Shown: positions 40,801 through 54,231 of the stretch, in pieces
Layout of the letters: each line of letters starts with the position of its first letter
How positions within the stretch are numbered: the first letter of the stretch is position 1
Assembly (NCBI GenBank): GCA_021613535.1
Contig: CP075496.1
Span: 3,286,001 to 3,350,000, forward strand
DNA: 64,000 nucleotides
From: Adineta vaga
Lineage: Eukaryota > Animalia > Rotifera
Direction: 5' to 3'
Translations under genes and position numbers: made by a program
The notes under the pieces: model-generated
Database searches by the model: none
Told to the model about the DNA's origin: nothing
The model's input: the letters and a program-made list of their open reading frames with translations, nothing else

Positions 40801-43800
40801 ATTCGGCAAGTACTCCAGTATGGACTGCAGTACGTTTAGTTGATGAAGAGCATATCGAAGCTATACAATTAGAAGAATTATTAAAAAATATACCAGAAAC
40901 TAATTCCGACTATTACAATCTGTCCACTGATTCTGAAGAAATATTAATTTCCAAAGACGATCTACGTTCCTATATACAAGGCGAAGGAATGCTATCGAAA
41001 ACACAAGAAGCACAATTTCGAGCTTATGTCGCTAAACAACAACCGTCTGATCAACATCTGTTTACTAAATACTTAACAACAACAACTACTACTACTACGT
41101 CATCATCATCCGAAACACATATTCAATCACAATTGCCGATAATACATGAGCAAATTCTCGATGAAAATAACAGAGAAAATGACGATGAACATGGTTCAAA
41201 CGAAAAACTACTATTCGAATTTGAAAAATTTAATCGTACCAATGACATAAAGGATGGTTGGTTCACTGCAAATGATTTACAAGCATACCTTCATGGAGAA
41301 GCGAATCTAACAACATCACAACAAGTACAGATTGAACGTTTTCTTGCTAAACAACCAGCTTTCAATCGAAGTTTATTTACCAAACATTCAACAACAACTA
41401 CTACGACAGTAATTCCAATACTAACTACAACATTGCCATCCGATGACAACATAGATGAGAACAATCCAAATGCACATATCGATGTAAATGAAATACTTGG
41501 TAGAATACCTTCGACAGATTCGGAACATTTCAATATTACTATTGGATCAGAAGAGGTATTGATCTCCAAAGACGATCTTCGATCATATTTAGAAGGTAGA
41601 GGAAATTTATCTGAAATTCAACGAAAACAAATCGAAGATTATTTTGCTCAGCAATCCTCTTTCAATCAGGAAACGTCTTCGAATTCTTCGTTAACAATGA
41701 TAATTTCAAATGAATCGTCAACATCCACTGTGCTAACTTATTCATATCGGAAAAAGAAATGATACACAGTCGCAGATTACTCATCCGACTTATTACCATT
41801 ATTACTCGAACATTTCAATCGTTCAACCGAAGCTCAAAAAAACGCCATTACTGCTGATGATTTACGATTATATCTACAAGGAGAAAGAAATCTATCAGAT
41901 TCGAAACAAGAACAAATTAAAGAATATCTGAACAAAGAATTATCTGTTATTCAAAATATGCCTTCGAAATATTCAACTAGCACAGTGGATTCATACGATT
42001 CTATCGATGATAACGGAAAAAATGAAGACAAAGCATTTGATGATTTATTTGAAGAAATATCAGCAACTGACTCACTCTCTTACAACTCCTCCATTACTTC
42101 AGAAGAAATCTCCATTTCAAAAGATAATTTACGATTATATCTACAAGGTCGAGGTAATCTGTCTAAGATTCAGCAAGATCAAATTGAAACTTACTTGGCT
42201 ACACAGTCACCTTCTTACAAAGCACTCTTTTCAAACTATATGGCTAGTACAACACAGCCAACGAAATCATCGACCATTCATATCACACAATCACAACTTC
42301 TACCGCTAATTATTGAACATTTCAATCGAACCACAAACACTCAAAACATCTCGTTTACATTCAATGATCTGCAATCGTATTTAGAAGGAAAAGCAAATCT
42401 ATCCGAATTACAAAAAGAAAACATCAAAGAATATCTCAATCAACAATCATCTCCATTGCAAAATATCATATCTCAATATGCACAAAGTACAAAACAACCA
42501 TCAAGTACTGTAACTTCAATGAAGATTAACGACAAAGAATTGGATGATCTAATTGAGAAGATTCCATTAAGTGATTCTGAAGAAATATTGATAAGCAAAG
42601 ATGATATTCGATCATATTTGGAAGGTGATCGAAGTAACTTATCAAAGAGTCAAGAAGAGAAGATTCAAGTTTATCTAGAAAAACAAATGTCATCTGATAA
42701 GAATATATTTTCTAAATATTTCACCACTACAACAGACGCAACTCACTCATACTATATCTGATACAGAATCAAAGTTTCCAATTGAAAGTGAAGATATCCA
42801 ATCCATTATTGATAGTCCACAAATTCAAGAACATTTACCGGAACTTTTACCTTTGATCTTTGAGCATTTGAATCGTTCAAATGATCCCGAAAATCAGCTT
42901 CCATTTACTGGCGATGATTTGCAATCGTTTCTTCAAGGGCATGGAAATTTATCTATATCCAAAACAGAACAGATCAAAGAATATCTCAATGATAAATCTT
43001 CTCCTCTTCAAAATATTATATCTCAGTATTCAAAAAATAGAACACGTTCATCGACTATTATTCCTACAACTAAAAGCATAGACGCAGGAGACACTGATAA
43101 TGAAGATACAGAATTAGAAAACTTATTACAAAGCATACCGGCGATCAATTCAAATTACTTAAATATTTCTTCAAATACAGAACAAGTACTCATTTTAAAA
43201 GACGATATACGATCGTATCTACAAGGCCACAGAAATCTCTCAAAAATTCAAGAAACACAGATTCAAAATTATTTTGAAAAACAATCACCGTCAGATCAAA
43301 CTATATTTTTCAAATATCTGACAACAACATCTATACCTGCCAATGATAAATTACATGAGACATATCAACAAAAGAATCATTCACTCACTGACAAAACTTA
43401 CGAAGACGATCAACAAGAAAAACTACAACCTTTCAATTTCGGTAGTTCTAATAGCACAGTGACGTCAGAAGAAATGTTATTTTCCTTCGATGAATTGCAG
43501 TCATATCTGCAGGGAAATCGAACCTTTTCACCTGTTAAACAAGCAAACATTCAAACGTATTTAGCTAAACAATCCTCAACTAATCGAAACATCTTATCTC
43601 ATCCATCCATTACAACTCAATCACCTAGTAAAACGAATTCATCTCTTGAGGATATATCTACAGATGATCGAAACAAAGAACTAGAAGAAAAATTTAAAGA
43701 TTTGTTGAGAAAGATACTACAAATTGATCCAGAAGAAAAACTGATCGCCAAAGTTGATCTACTCTCGTTTATCGAAGGACGAAGAAACTTAACGAAAGAT

Positions 43801-46800
43801 CAACAAGCACAACTTCAAGCTTATATAGCGAAAGAATCACCAACCAATCAAGAAACATTTTCTAAATACTTGACAGGTACAACTAAAACACCAAGAATTA
43901 CAACAGTTGGAATAGATAATGATACAGAACATTCTGCAGCGAATGAAGATAGTGAAGATATAGAAGAAGATGAGAAATCAAAAGACATGCCATCGTTAGA
44001 TCTTGAACTACTTAACCGTACAATTGCTGCAGAAAATGGGTCATTCACTCCAAATGATTTGCAAGCATATCTTCAAGGACAAAGTAATCTAACAACAATT
44101 CAACAAATACAAATTAAAGATTTTCTTGTTAAACAACCATCATTCAATCGAAGCGTATTCGTCACACGTTCAACAACTACTCGACTATCAACTACAACAA
44201 AACCATCCGATGCCCACATAGATGATGACAATAAAGATGAAAATATTAGTATCGATGATTTGCTTGACAAAATATCTTCAACTAATTCTGAACATTTCAA
44301 TATTACTACTGGATCAGAAGAGATATTGATATCCAAAGATGATCTTCGATCATATTTAGAAGGTGAAAGAAACTTATCAGAAGTTCAACAAGCGCAAATC
44401 AAAACATATTTAGCAAAACAAGCATCATCTGATCAGCAAATTTTTTCAAAATATTTAACAAGTACTTCAACAAGAAAAGTGCCTTCAAAGCTTGAAGTGA
44501 ATAAAAATTCTGAATCTCATTGGGCATACAACGATTCACTTCAAGATGATACACAAAAGATAGATCATTCTGAAGAAACATTCAACACAGATGGGAAACT
44601 CTTCAATTATACCATCGAATCAGACAAGATGCCGTTCACAGCCAATGAATTAAATTCTTATCTACAGGATCAAGGAAATATATCACTATCTCAACAACAA
44701 AAAATCGAAGATTATCTAGCCAAAAAGAAAACAACGAGTTCTATGGCGGTACCAACAGAAATAACTCCATCAGATAATAATATAGATAATAAACAACCTG
44801 ATGAAGAAATAAATTTAGAAGAAATAATAAATGGATTGTCACAAGTTGATTCATATTCTTTGAACTATTCAAATGATTCAGAACCAATTCTCATTTCAAA
44901 AGATGACCTACGTTCCTATCTACGAGGAAAAGGAAACTTATCAAAGGTACAAGAAACACATATACAAGCATATTTGGCTACGCAATCGCCTTCGAAAGTA
45001 ACTACATCTGTAACACCTCATATAAACATAGAATCGCTGTTTCGAAAAGGTAGAAACAATTCTTCCACTAATAATACTCAAGAAGAAGAAGAATATTCAC
45101 AAAAACTATTACTATCAATTCTCGGAAATTACAATCGTACAACGGATGACGAAATAAAATCGTTCAACATCGATGATTTACGCTCGTATATGCAAGGACA
45201 AGCAAATATATCTTTAGACAAACAAGCACAAATCCGAAGTTATCTAGCTGAACAATTAGCATCCAATGAAAACATACTGTCAGAAACCACAACTGCACCT
45301 ATCCAAATTGCTACATTACTTACAACTGAACAAGATGTTAACAAAGTCGATGATACAAAGTTTCAAGAACTTTTAAATAAGATACCATTAGTTGGATCGC
45401 AATACTTCAACTTCACGACTGATCTAGATGAACCAATATTGATTTCTAAAGACGACGTTCTATCTTATGTTCAGGGACGAAGTAACCTATCAACTAGTCA
45501 AGAACAGCAACTTCAACATTTTCTCTCAAAACTATCCATCGTTGATCAAACATTATTTTCAAACTATATGGCTAGTACAACACAGCCAACGAAATCATCG
45601 ACCATTCATATCACACAATCACAACTTCTACCGTTAATTATTGAACATTTCAATCGGACCACAAACACTCAAAACATCTCGTTTACATTCAATGATCTGC
45701 AATCGTATTTGGAAGGAAAAGCAAATCTATCCGAATTACAAAAAGAAAACATCAAAGAATATCTCAATCAACAATCATCTCCATTGCAAAATATCATATC
45801 TCACTATGCACAAAGTACAAAACAACCATCAAGTACTGTAACTTCAATGAAGATTAACGACAAAGAATTGGATGATCTAATGGAGAAGATTCCATTAAGT
45901 GATTCTGAAGAAATATTGATAAGCAAAGATGATATTCGATCATATTTGGAAGGTGATCGAAGTAATTTATCAAAGAGTCAAGAAGAGAAGATTCAAGTTT
46001 ATCTAGAAAAACAAATGTCATCTGATAAGAATATATTTTCTAAATATTTCACCACTACAACAGACGCAACTCACTCGTCTATATCTGATACAAACATTGA
46101 TTTATCAAATCAAAGAGTAAGAAATCACACGCTTACTAATGATACATCAACACAGACATATTTACCGGAACTTTTACCCATGATTCTCGAACATTTCATT
46201 CTTTCAAATGATACAGATAAGAAACATCTGTTTACGGGCGATGATCTGAAATCATTTCTTCACGGACACGGTAATTTAACACTATCGAAAATTAAACAAA
46301 TCAAAGATTATCTAGCTGATCAGTCAGTTGCAATCCAAAATATTTCTTCTCATTATCTCAAAGGTACAGCAGAATCATTTAACTCTAGTACACCAAATGA
46401 TAAATTACCTGAACACAAACAGACTGAAGAGAAAGCTCTGAGTGACCTTCTGGAGAAGCTTCCTTCCATCGATTTTGAAGACTTAACAATCACAAAAGAT
46501 GATTTACAATCCTATTTACAAGGTCAACGAAATCTATCGAAAGTTCAAGAATACCAAATCGAAGCATATCTTGCCAAACAGTCCTCATCTGATCAAAACT
46601 TATTATCTAAATATATATCATCAGCTACAACTCTGTCAACGACTTCAACATCATCGGTGATAGATAAATCAACACATTCATATAAAGGAAAATCTACTTC
46701 AGGTAGTAAAGATACGCACTCGAATCGTTCTTCGAAAAAAGGACAAATAACTACCGCTGGTTATGCAAAGCCCACAACAGCATTCGAGGAAAGTTTATTC

Positions 46801-49800
46801 TTTTTTGATGACTTGCGAGCCTATCTGCAAGGTCGTCGAAATTTATCTCCGGCTAAAATCGCAGGAATTCAAGCATATCTAGCGAAACAAGCAGCATCTA
46901 ATCAAACTTTGTCATCATCATATTTTACAACTACTCCTGCACCAACTAATATCAGTTCACTGAGTACCAAAATGTCTGACAATGATCTCAGCAAAGATCT
47001 TGAACTTGATGATTTACTAAGAAAAATTCCATTAATTGATTCGAAATATTATAATTTGTCTACTACGTCAGTAGAAGTATTAATTCTTAAAGATGATCTA
47101 CAATCTTATTTAAAAGGTGAAAGAAATCTATCGATAATCCAGGAAACTCAATTTCAAGTGTATTTATCTAAACAACCATTATCAGATCAAAGATTATTTT
47201 CGAATTATTTAACAAAAATCAAAGAATCAGGCGGACGTTCAACAGTTGATATGGATAGAAAATTCGAACTCAACAAAGAAACAAATGGTATAATTACTGA
47301 AGATAAACTAGTTGAGGATGATTCAAAAGAACTTCTACCATTAGATCTTGAATATTTCAATCAAACAGTCGGTTCAGAAGGTATTCTATTTACACTTGAT
47401 GATTTGCAATTATTCTTGCAAGGACGTGGAAATTTAACTCCAGCTCAAATAGAACAAATTCGAGCTTATCTCGCGCAACAGAAAGCATCAAATCGAAGTA
47501 TCTTTTCAAAATATTCGAAGTCACCACATGGTGATTTTGTTACGTCCGATGATGATGCACAGAATGATGAAATGAATCTGGAAGAATTTTTGAAAAAAAT
47601 TTTAATCTATTTAAAAGATCTCAATATTTCCAGTGATGCAGAAAAGGCATTATTTTCTATCAATAATATACGAGCTTATTTACAAGGTCGCTTAAATCTG
47701 TCGAAGAGTGATGAAACCAAGATGCAATCAACATTAAATAAATATTCATCGTTAGGTAACAGCACGCTCAACACATCGAACACAACCCTTTCTTTTGCAC
47801 AGCATTCGCGTTTATGGTCACCTTTTTCTCGTTCAAAAGAGAATTCGAGTACTAGTACTAGATCATCAAAATCTCTTTCTGAAATAGATAAAACAAAAAC
47901 ATCAACGACGACGACAACGACAACAACATCATCCTGGGAGAAAAGTTCGATTGATCCGAAACTAACAATAACATCTTCAGATATTACTGAATCATCATCA
48001 TCTAAGTTGTCGACAGCAAAAAAAACAAATACATTCATAACATCAGAAATGCCTCGAGTATCATCGACAACTGCACAATTTGATATATCTTCATTAAGAT
48101 CTGATTATCCACAATCGAAATCAACAATTACTTCGATACTTTTTGACTTCACCAAAAAACAAACATTCCAACAAGAACTCGATCAATCTACTCCTAAATC
48201 GTCAGATGCTCATCTTACATCATCACACTTTAGATCAAGTGAGATATCTACTAGTACTACTACGCTTTCTCCTACAATTACTCCATATTCAACAACACTA
48301 GTAGTACCAGCAGATCATCATTACATCCAATTGTCACTAGTTCTTACAGAGATAATCTGAAACCTTACAGTTATTATCCATTGCCTTCAACTCCTTCGCC
48401 ATGGTTGACTGACAGATATCAATACGGTTTTACACCTGAACGACCTTCCTTTGATTCTACTTCAACACTTTTTCCTTATTTTGATGCATGGAGAACATCA
48501 TCAACATACGCTCCACCTTCATTTGATCAACATGAAGCATTTACTACAACAACTCGTCGATTTCGAAGTCGAAAACAGAAGATTATTCGTTGGCAAACTC
48601 AATCATCATTGAGTACCAGTACTATTACATCATCTACGACGATGACATCCTCATTCGAAACAACTACAAATTCAAGTATACCATACGAAACTTTCTTAAA
48701 TGTCGTGTTACTTTCCTTCTTTTTTACTTTTTAGATTATATTTCAACATCAACGATATCAGTCGCACCATGGTATTCTTCTGATCAACAACAGACAATAG
48801 TTATCAAACCACCATCAAATCAAAAGGATTCCAATACCTCCTTCTCAAATGATCTTCTCAATCAGATATTACAAAATATTTCGAGTTCATCCAATTCATC
48901 TGTAGATAAATCAATATTTGTTGATCTAATCGATTGTCCATCATCATCCTGGAATCTTTCATTCAAATCAAATGAAAGTTTTACACTTGATGTTGCTCTA
49001 CCATCACCCATTGATCCTTTAAACTCTACCACAATAACCAATTTAACATTTACAACAATCGAAGCCGAACGTTTTTCTACGAATATCATGGGTAAATCAG
49101 TACATTTCCGCGTTGATCGTGTCCATGCAAAAGAATTCTATTTAAAAATGAATGATACAGATAAGAGAAATAGATCAGCCCATGGAACTCCACATCTATC
49201 CGATGTCGTTATTGGTCATGTAACAAGTGAACAATTTCATTTGAATTTAAGTCAATCCGATAAAGTACATGTACATGTTCAACAAGTTGATACTGCAACA
49301 GCAGAACTGTATCTTGATAGTAATTTTTGTACGAATGATAGTAGTCTAGAAATCAATTTAAATCTTTCTAAGAACGGTAAGCAAATTTCTATGTTGCTAT
49401 CATCTGTATATCTATTTTGTTTTATTCTCGATTTTATCAAGGAACAATTCATTATGGTAATCAAACACCTATTCATATAGGACCAGTTTTTACTCGAGTA
49501 TATATGCCGAAACAATCCTGTGATCGTGATCAACCATTAACATTATTTTTTGATATATGCGAACGACAAAATCCTTGTTCGAATGATGGTACATGCATAC
49601 CTCTTATGCCTGATTATAATGATACATCTTATTCTCCAACGGAAACAGGACATATTGGTTATAAATGTAATTGTCCATTACATACAACTGGTGAACATTG
49701 TCAAATTCTCGAATATCCATTAGGTTATTGTTTGAATGGTGGTACTTTCTTTCAAATCTATGATAGATTTAATCAATCGATTGAAAAATGTCTCTGTGCA

Positions 49801-50355
49801 GCTGATTTTTATGGAGCATTCTGTGAAGAATATATTGATAATTGTATTGGAGTATCGTGTTCCAATCATGGCATATGTTTAGATGATATAGAAACATACA
49901 AATGTGCATGTTTTGATGGATTTTATGGCGCTGCATGTGAACGAAAACGAATGCAAACAGTTATTTTACAAGCCGCATCTCGATCATTTGGTATCATTGC
50001 CATACTATTAATTGGTATAATTGCTTGTTTAGTTGTAGCAAGTGATATACATACATATGCAATACGTAGGCAACAACGAAGAAATTTATTGAGTAAATTT
50101 CCTCGTGTTACATCGGAAATCTTAGAAAATTCTGTACTTTTACTCGGATTTGGTGATGCTCCAATTGAAATGAATGAACTATCAAAAATGCGTATTATAC
50201 GACGAGGTAAAAGACCGAAATATCGATCAGCAAAAAGAACAGTACGAATACGAAAAACAACAGGTAATCTTCCAATTGCAAAGAGAAAACTACCATCAAA
50301 ATTTTCGGAAGAACCTCAACTTCTATCAATTCGATCGACTGAAAATAATATTTAA
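37833..50355 (+). CDS. Giant type-I membrane protein: signal peptide, propeller-like domain, 27 novel helical repeats with S/T linkers, beta-rich domain, 3 EGF, TM, basic tail; frame disrupted at three sites in this sequence
   Basis: Signal exon MVASLCWIFFFVPFILLV from ATG 37833. Further exons at ~37955-38004, ~38605-39326, 39375-39571, 39636-39671, giant exon 39778-48675, 48735-49376 and 49442-50355. EGF cysteine patterns, TM FGIIAILLIGIIACLVVA. Confidence 0.75.
42228..42748 (+). repeat. 521-bp near-identical duplicate, copy 1
   Basis: Matches 45556-46076 with about 6 substitutions seen by eye. Confidence 0.92.
45556..46076 (+). repeat. 521-bp near-identical duplicate, copy 2
   Basis: Matches 42228-42748 at an offset of 3328 bp. 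Confidence 0.92.
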
Positions 50356-51630
50356 TACAATTTATTTTTCTGTGTGCTTAATTTCTTTTGTTTGTGTTTG
50401 ATATTTGTATTTGATAACAGGAATTCAAGTTACTATTTGCTTTCTATCTTCTTCACTCAAAGCTTTTTGTAAGACAAAAAAAAGAGAATAACAATCAGTT
50501 AATGAATTGCTTTCCATCATAGAAAAACAGTTGTTTCTCGACATGAAAAATTGTTCTTACATAAAAAAGAGAGAATATAAATAACAGACTGAAACCATTT
50601 GATTAGTTTTATGACATGTATCTTACTGCTTAATTGAACAACAGTTGTTCAGTAATAATAATTATTCTTCCAAATATATAGATTTGTTATATGTAACATA
50701 CAATAATTGTTGTACATAGTTCTCATTGTCATTTATTATTCGTATGAGAACTATCGTGTATTGAGCAACATATGATTCACCTTCGAATATTTGAAAAGAA
50801 GAGAGAATAGAATACTAAATAAAAGTCACAGTATGTGATTGAACGCGGTTCATTTCCACCGATGTGCGAAGTGTATCATTAATAAAAATTTATGCATGTC
50901 TTCTCTTCTGTTACATCATCTTTTGAATTACCGATAGATTGTAAAAGCATGATCAGATATCGAATAAGATCATTTCTATTCTGAAGTGAGGAAAATAAAC
51001 AAACTATTTTGCACAGATTTATAAAACGTGTGATGAAATTGATTAAATCAATCGATCGATGTGACGTTATCCACAAAAAAAAGAAACAAAAGTAGTGTGC
51101 AGTGATTTGCATACGATTTAATCCAAACATTTCTCTCCTCTTTAGAAAATATCATTAATCATTTGAAGAAATCCATTACTAAGGATGACGTAAGATACTC
51201 TAGGATGATTTATTAAGAAAAATTGCGTTTTTTTATTCTTTGTTCATACCATCTATTTCAAAAAATTAGCTTTTCTATTCAGTACAACAGAAAATTATCG
51301 GTTGAGATAAATTGATCATAAATATATGTTCAAGAAAAGAAAAGAAAAGAAAAAGAAAACGTATGTTAAAATGCTTCTAGTTCACTCATTTATCATCTCA
51401 ATTGAACATGTAATGGCTTTGTTCGCGTGCGTACATAGTTTGTTTTCTCTCATCATTCATTGTTCAGACAGTCAATCAGCTACACTCGATTTCGTCCGTT
51501 TTTCTTTGCTCTACTAATGATCAATAGAATAGTTCGATGCATTTCGGATATATGACTGTAAATAAAAGAAATACAGAAAACAAATGTAAGAAAAAGAAAA
51601 CAAAGAAAAGAAAGTTCAAGATGAAATTAT

Positions 51631-53265
51631 TTACAAACAACGACTTATTTCTTCGGTAGTAACACAATTTTGACATTGAACATAACAACACCATTGAAAT
51701 CGACAATTGCATTGATCTCGTACGGTGACAATTTGAGATTGATAACCACGATTGCAACAAAGTAAATCACAACCATCAATAGCACGTGAATTTCGATTAC
51801 AAACACGTCCAATTGTTCCAAACGAACCTAATTCTATATTTCTTTCACAATAATTTGGACTTGAATTATAGAAAATCAGATCATTTTTGTACGTTGTAGT
51901 TATTGATACAGGTTGTTTTGTCATTTGATAAGGAAGATTTCGTGGAACAAAACGTAATTTTTTATCAAAAAGATTTCGTTGTAGACGTACTTCAATGGAT
52001 TGATCATAGTATTCTTTTAGTTGTTTAGCTATTTGAGTAAATGATCGAAGTGAACGCCAACATGTCTTAAATTCACATGAACCTGAAACGCCATGACATT
52101 TACATTGTCGATCAACTGATTCGAGAATCATCTAAACAACAACAACAAAACAAATGAGTCTTCTAACAAAACAAATTCAAAGTCTTTACTCGAATGCCAA
52201 CTTGATTATTATGAACATTTAATAAACTAGTTCGATTTTTTGTAACTCGTTCTCTAAGATTAACAAATTTTCTTGCTAATTCTGATCCAAATAAAACATT
52301 ATCAGAACATCCAGCCCAACGAATCGAATTATTCGTTGCTTTCTCTTTCATTGACATATCACATCCGCATGAACTCAATCGTCCTGTACTACATGCTTTT
52401 GTTATCGTATAAGCAATACCAGCCGATGTTAATGCATGGATATATGCTGATTCTTTTGTTCCTAGAAGAAGTTTTCTTATTAGAAAACGCGAGAGAAAGA
52501 GAGAGCAATGAAGTAAACATACCTGAATCAAGAACATTTCCAATTAATTTTTGATCTTGAAATAATGTACAATTCCAATGTCGATTTTTGAATTGATTTT
52601 TACATTCTTCTAAGGCTAAATTCGCGCCAAAACGAATAAATGGCATAATCGCTTCATTTCTTTGACAGAATCGTATTTGTCGATAACTCAGTCCATATTT
52701 CATATGACAAAGACCTTGTGTTGCAAATGAAATATCCGAAACTTGAATAATTGGACTAAAACAAAGAAAAAAAAGCGTTCACATCTGTTCACTTGACCTT
52801 GAAGATTTTTATGACATATTTGTCCAAGTTCGAAATTTTATGATCAATAAACATTTCGATTATTTTCGAATGTAAATAAAAGATATATTTGAAATGATAA
52901 CCACATGCTGTTTAAATGTTTGTTTTACCCACATACAGAGAGAGAGAGATCATTGATCTTTTCTTTTGATAGATGTCTTGTGAACGTGCTTGAATGTTTC
53001 CTATTCTTCTTTTTCTATGTATCATGCATGTCGAAATGCATACAGATGAGTTTCGTATTTATTTTTGTGACGTTCATTACGTCATTTCGATTCTCGCAGA
53101 ACAAATTATATGTGAGGAATTAATGATGCGTATCTGATCGAATTTAGACATTTGAAAAAAAGAAAACAAACGAAGATAGATCAATGATAATACTTACAGC
53201 CATTGTTCAGTTGAATTGATTAATACAATGAAAAATAACAGTGAAAGATTCTTCTTCGTCATCAT
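51631..53265 (-). CDS. WNT4: Wnt ligand, most similar to Wnt4; 4 exons
   Basis: Signal exon MMTKKNLSLLFFIVLINSTEQWL, ECKNQFKNRHWNC, GTKESAYIHALTSAG, WAGCSDN, HNN, CKCHGVSGSC (lipidated Ser), RFVPRN, AIDGCDLLCC, CNCRFQWCCYVQC. Subfamily assigned from remembered motifs. Confidence 0.85.
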
Positions 53266-54231
53266 AAAGATTAAATGAGATATGTCAATGAAAAAACATC
53301 GTTGTGAATGATTTATGTCTAATATATTGTTGTCAATATTCCCATTGACTTGATAAGATCTAATATGAGGATAAGATTGACGAAAAGAAAATGAACTGAT
53401 ACAAGTAGAATGATTCTTATATTGAGTGTTGCGTGTATCGAAATGAAGGTGTTGATGATGACGATGAGAATATCAATATTTATAAAAATTCAAAATAAGA
53501 GAAAGAGAGAGATTAACAACGATTGGTTGTTGATCAAATATGAACAGAATGAGAGGAAAGAAACTGTATAATTCTTCTTTTTCTTTCTCTTTTTCTCTTC
53601 TCTCTTTGTTCATGGGAGTTTGTACGAGTATTTCTAACACTTGATTGAGAAGTCTCCTTTCGCTTTCTATATCACACAATCAACTGATTTATGTGCACAG
53701 TTGAGTCAATTAGTGTCACATTCGAGCGACTGACCAACTGCGAGATTACTAATGTGTCTGCTACTATTCAACAAATGCGATTTATTGTAATATATTAGTT
53801 TTTTTCTTCTCTCTATCATGTTGTTTGATCTCATCATCGTTTTAATAAACACACACAAAAAAAAAGAATTAAGAAAAATTGTTTCAACATTGATTAAGAA
53901 GTTTCATATCATACAGAGAAGCATCATAACTCTACTTTTTTTTAACAGAAAACGAACGAATGAATGTCCATTATTGCCATCTGTTTATCATTAGTACACA
54001 TTTGTCAAAGAATAGATGTAGGCGAGAAGTTGTTTTTCCTTTGTCAAGGTGAAAACCACAAAATAAAGGTATTGCAATATTGTTGGGCAATGACATTTTT
54101 TTGCGTGTGGTTATGCTTATATAAATGTGTTTTTTATCATATATTTCTGTATTACAATACTCGAGACAAGTCACTGAATTTCTCAAAATACAAGCAAAAG
54201 TTTCAGTTTTCAATTACATTATATAATCCAC

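Larger units (their letters stand above)
40325..47750 (+). repeat. Coding array of 27 alternating A/B modules, core [IF][ST]xDDLxSYLxGxxNLSxxQxxQIxxYLxxQ
   Basis: Counted by eye across ORFs 39762-41762, 41958-42761 and 42853-48360 and the in-frame gap between the first two. Confidence 0.9.

Noticed and set aside
41760-41762. Selenocysteine or programmed readthrough at the in-frame TGA
   Set aside because: It lies in a non-conserved linker, no SECIS was recognised, and two further frameshifts would still break the frame.
40325-47750. Array as a transposon, satellite or CRISPR-like element
   Set aside because: Conservation is at the protein level inside a spliced gene; no terminal repeats, transposase or repeat-spacer pattern.
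49425-49441. Apparent non-canonical CG acceptor (TTCTCG) before the EGF exon
   Set aside because: A canonical in-phase AG at 49440-49441 explains the junction.
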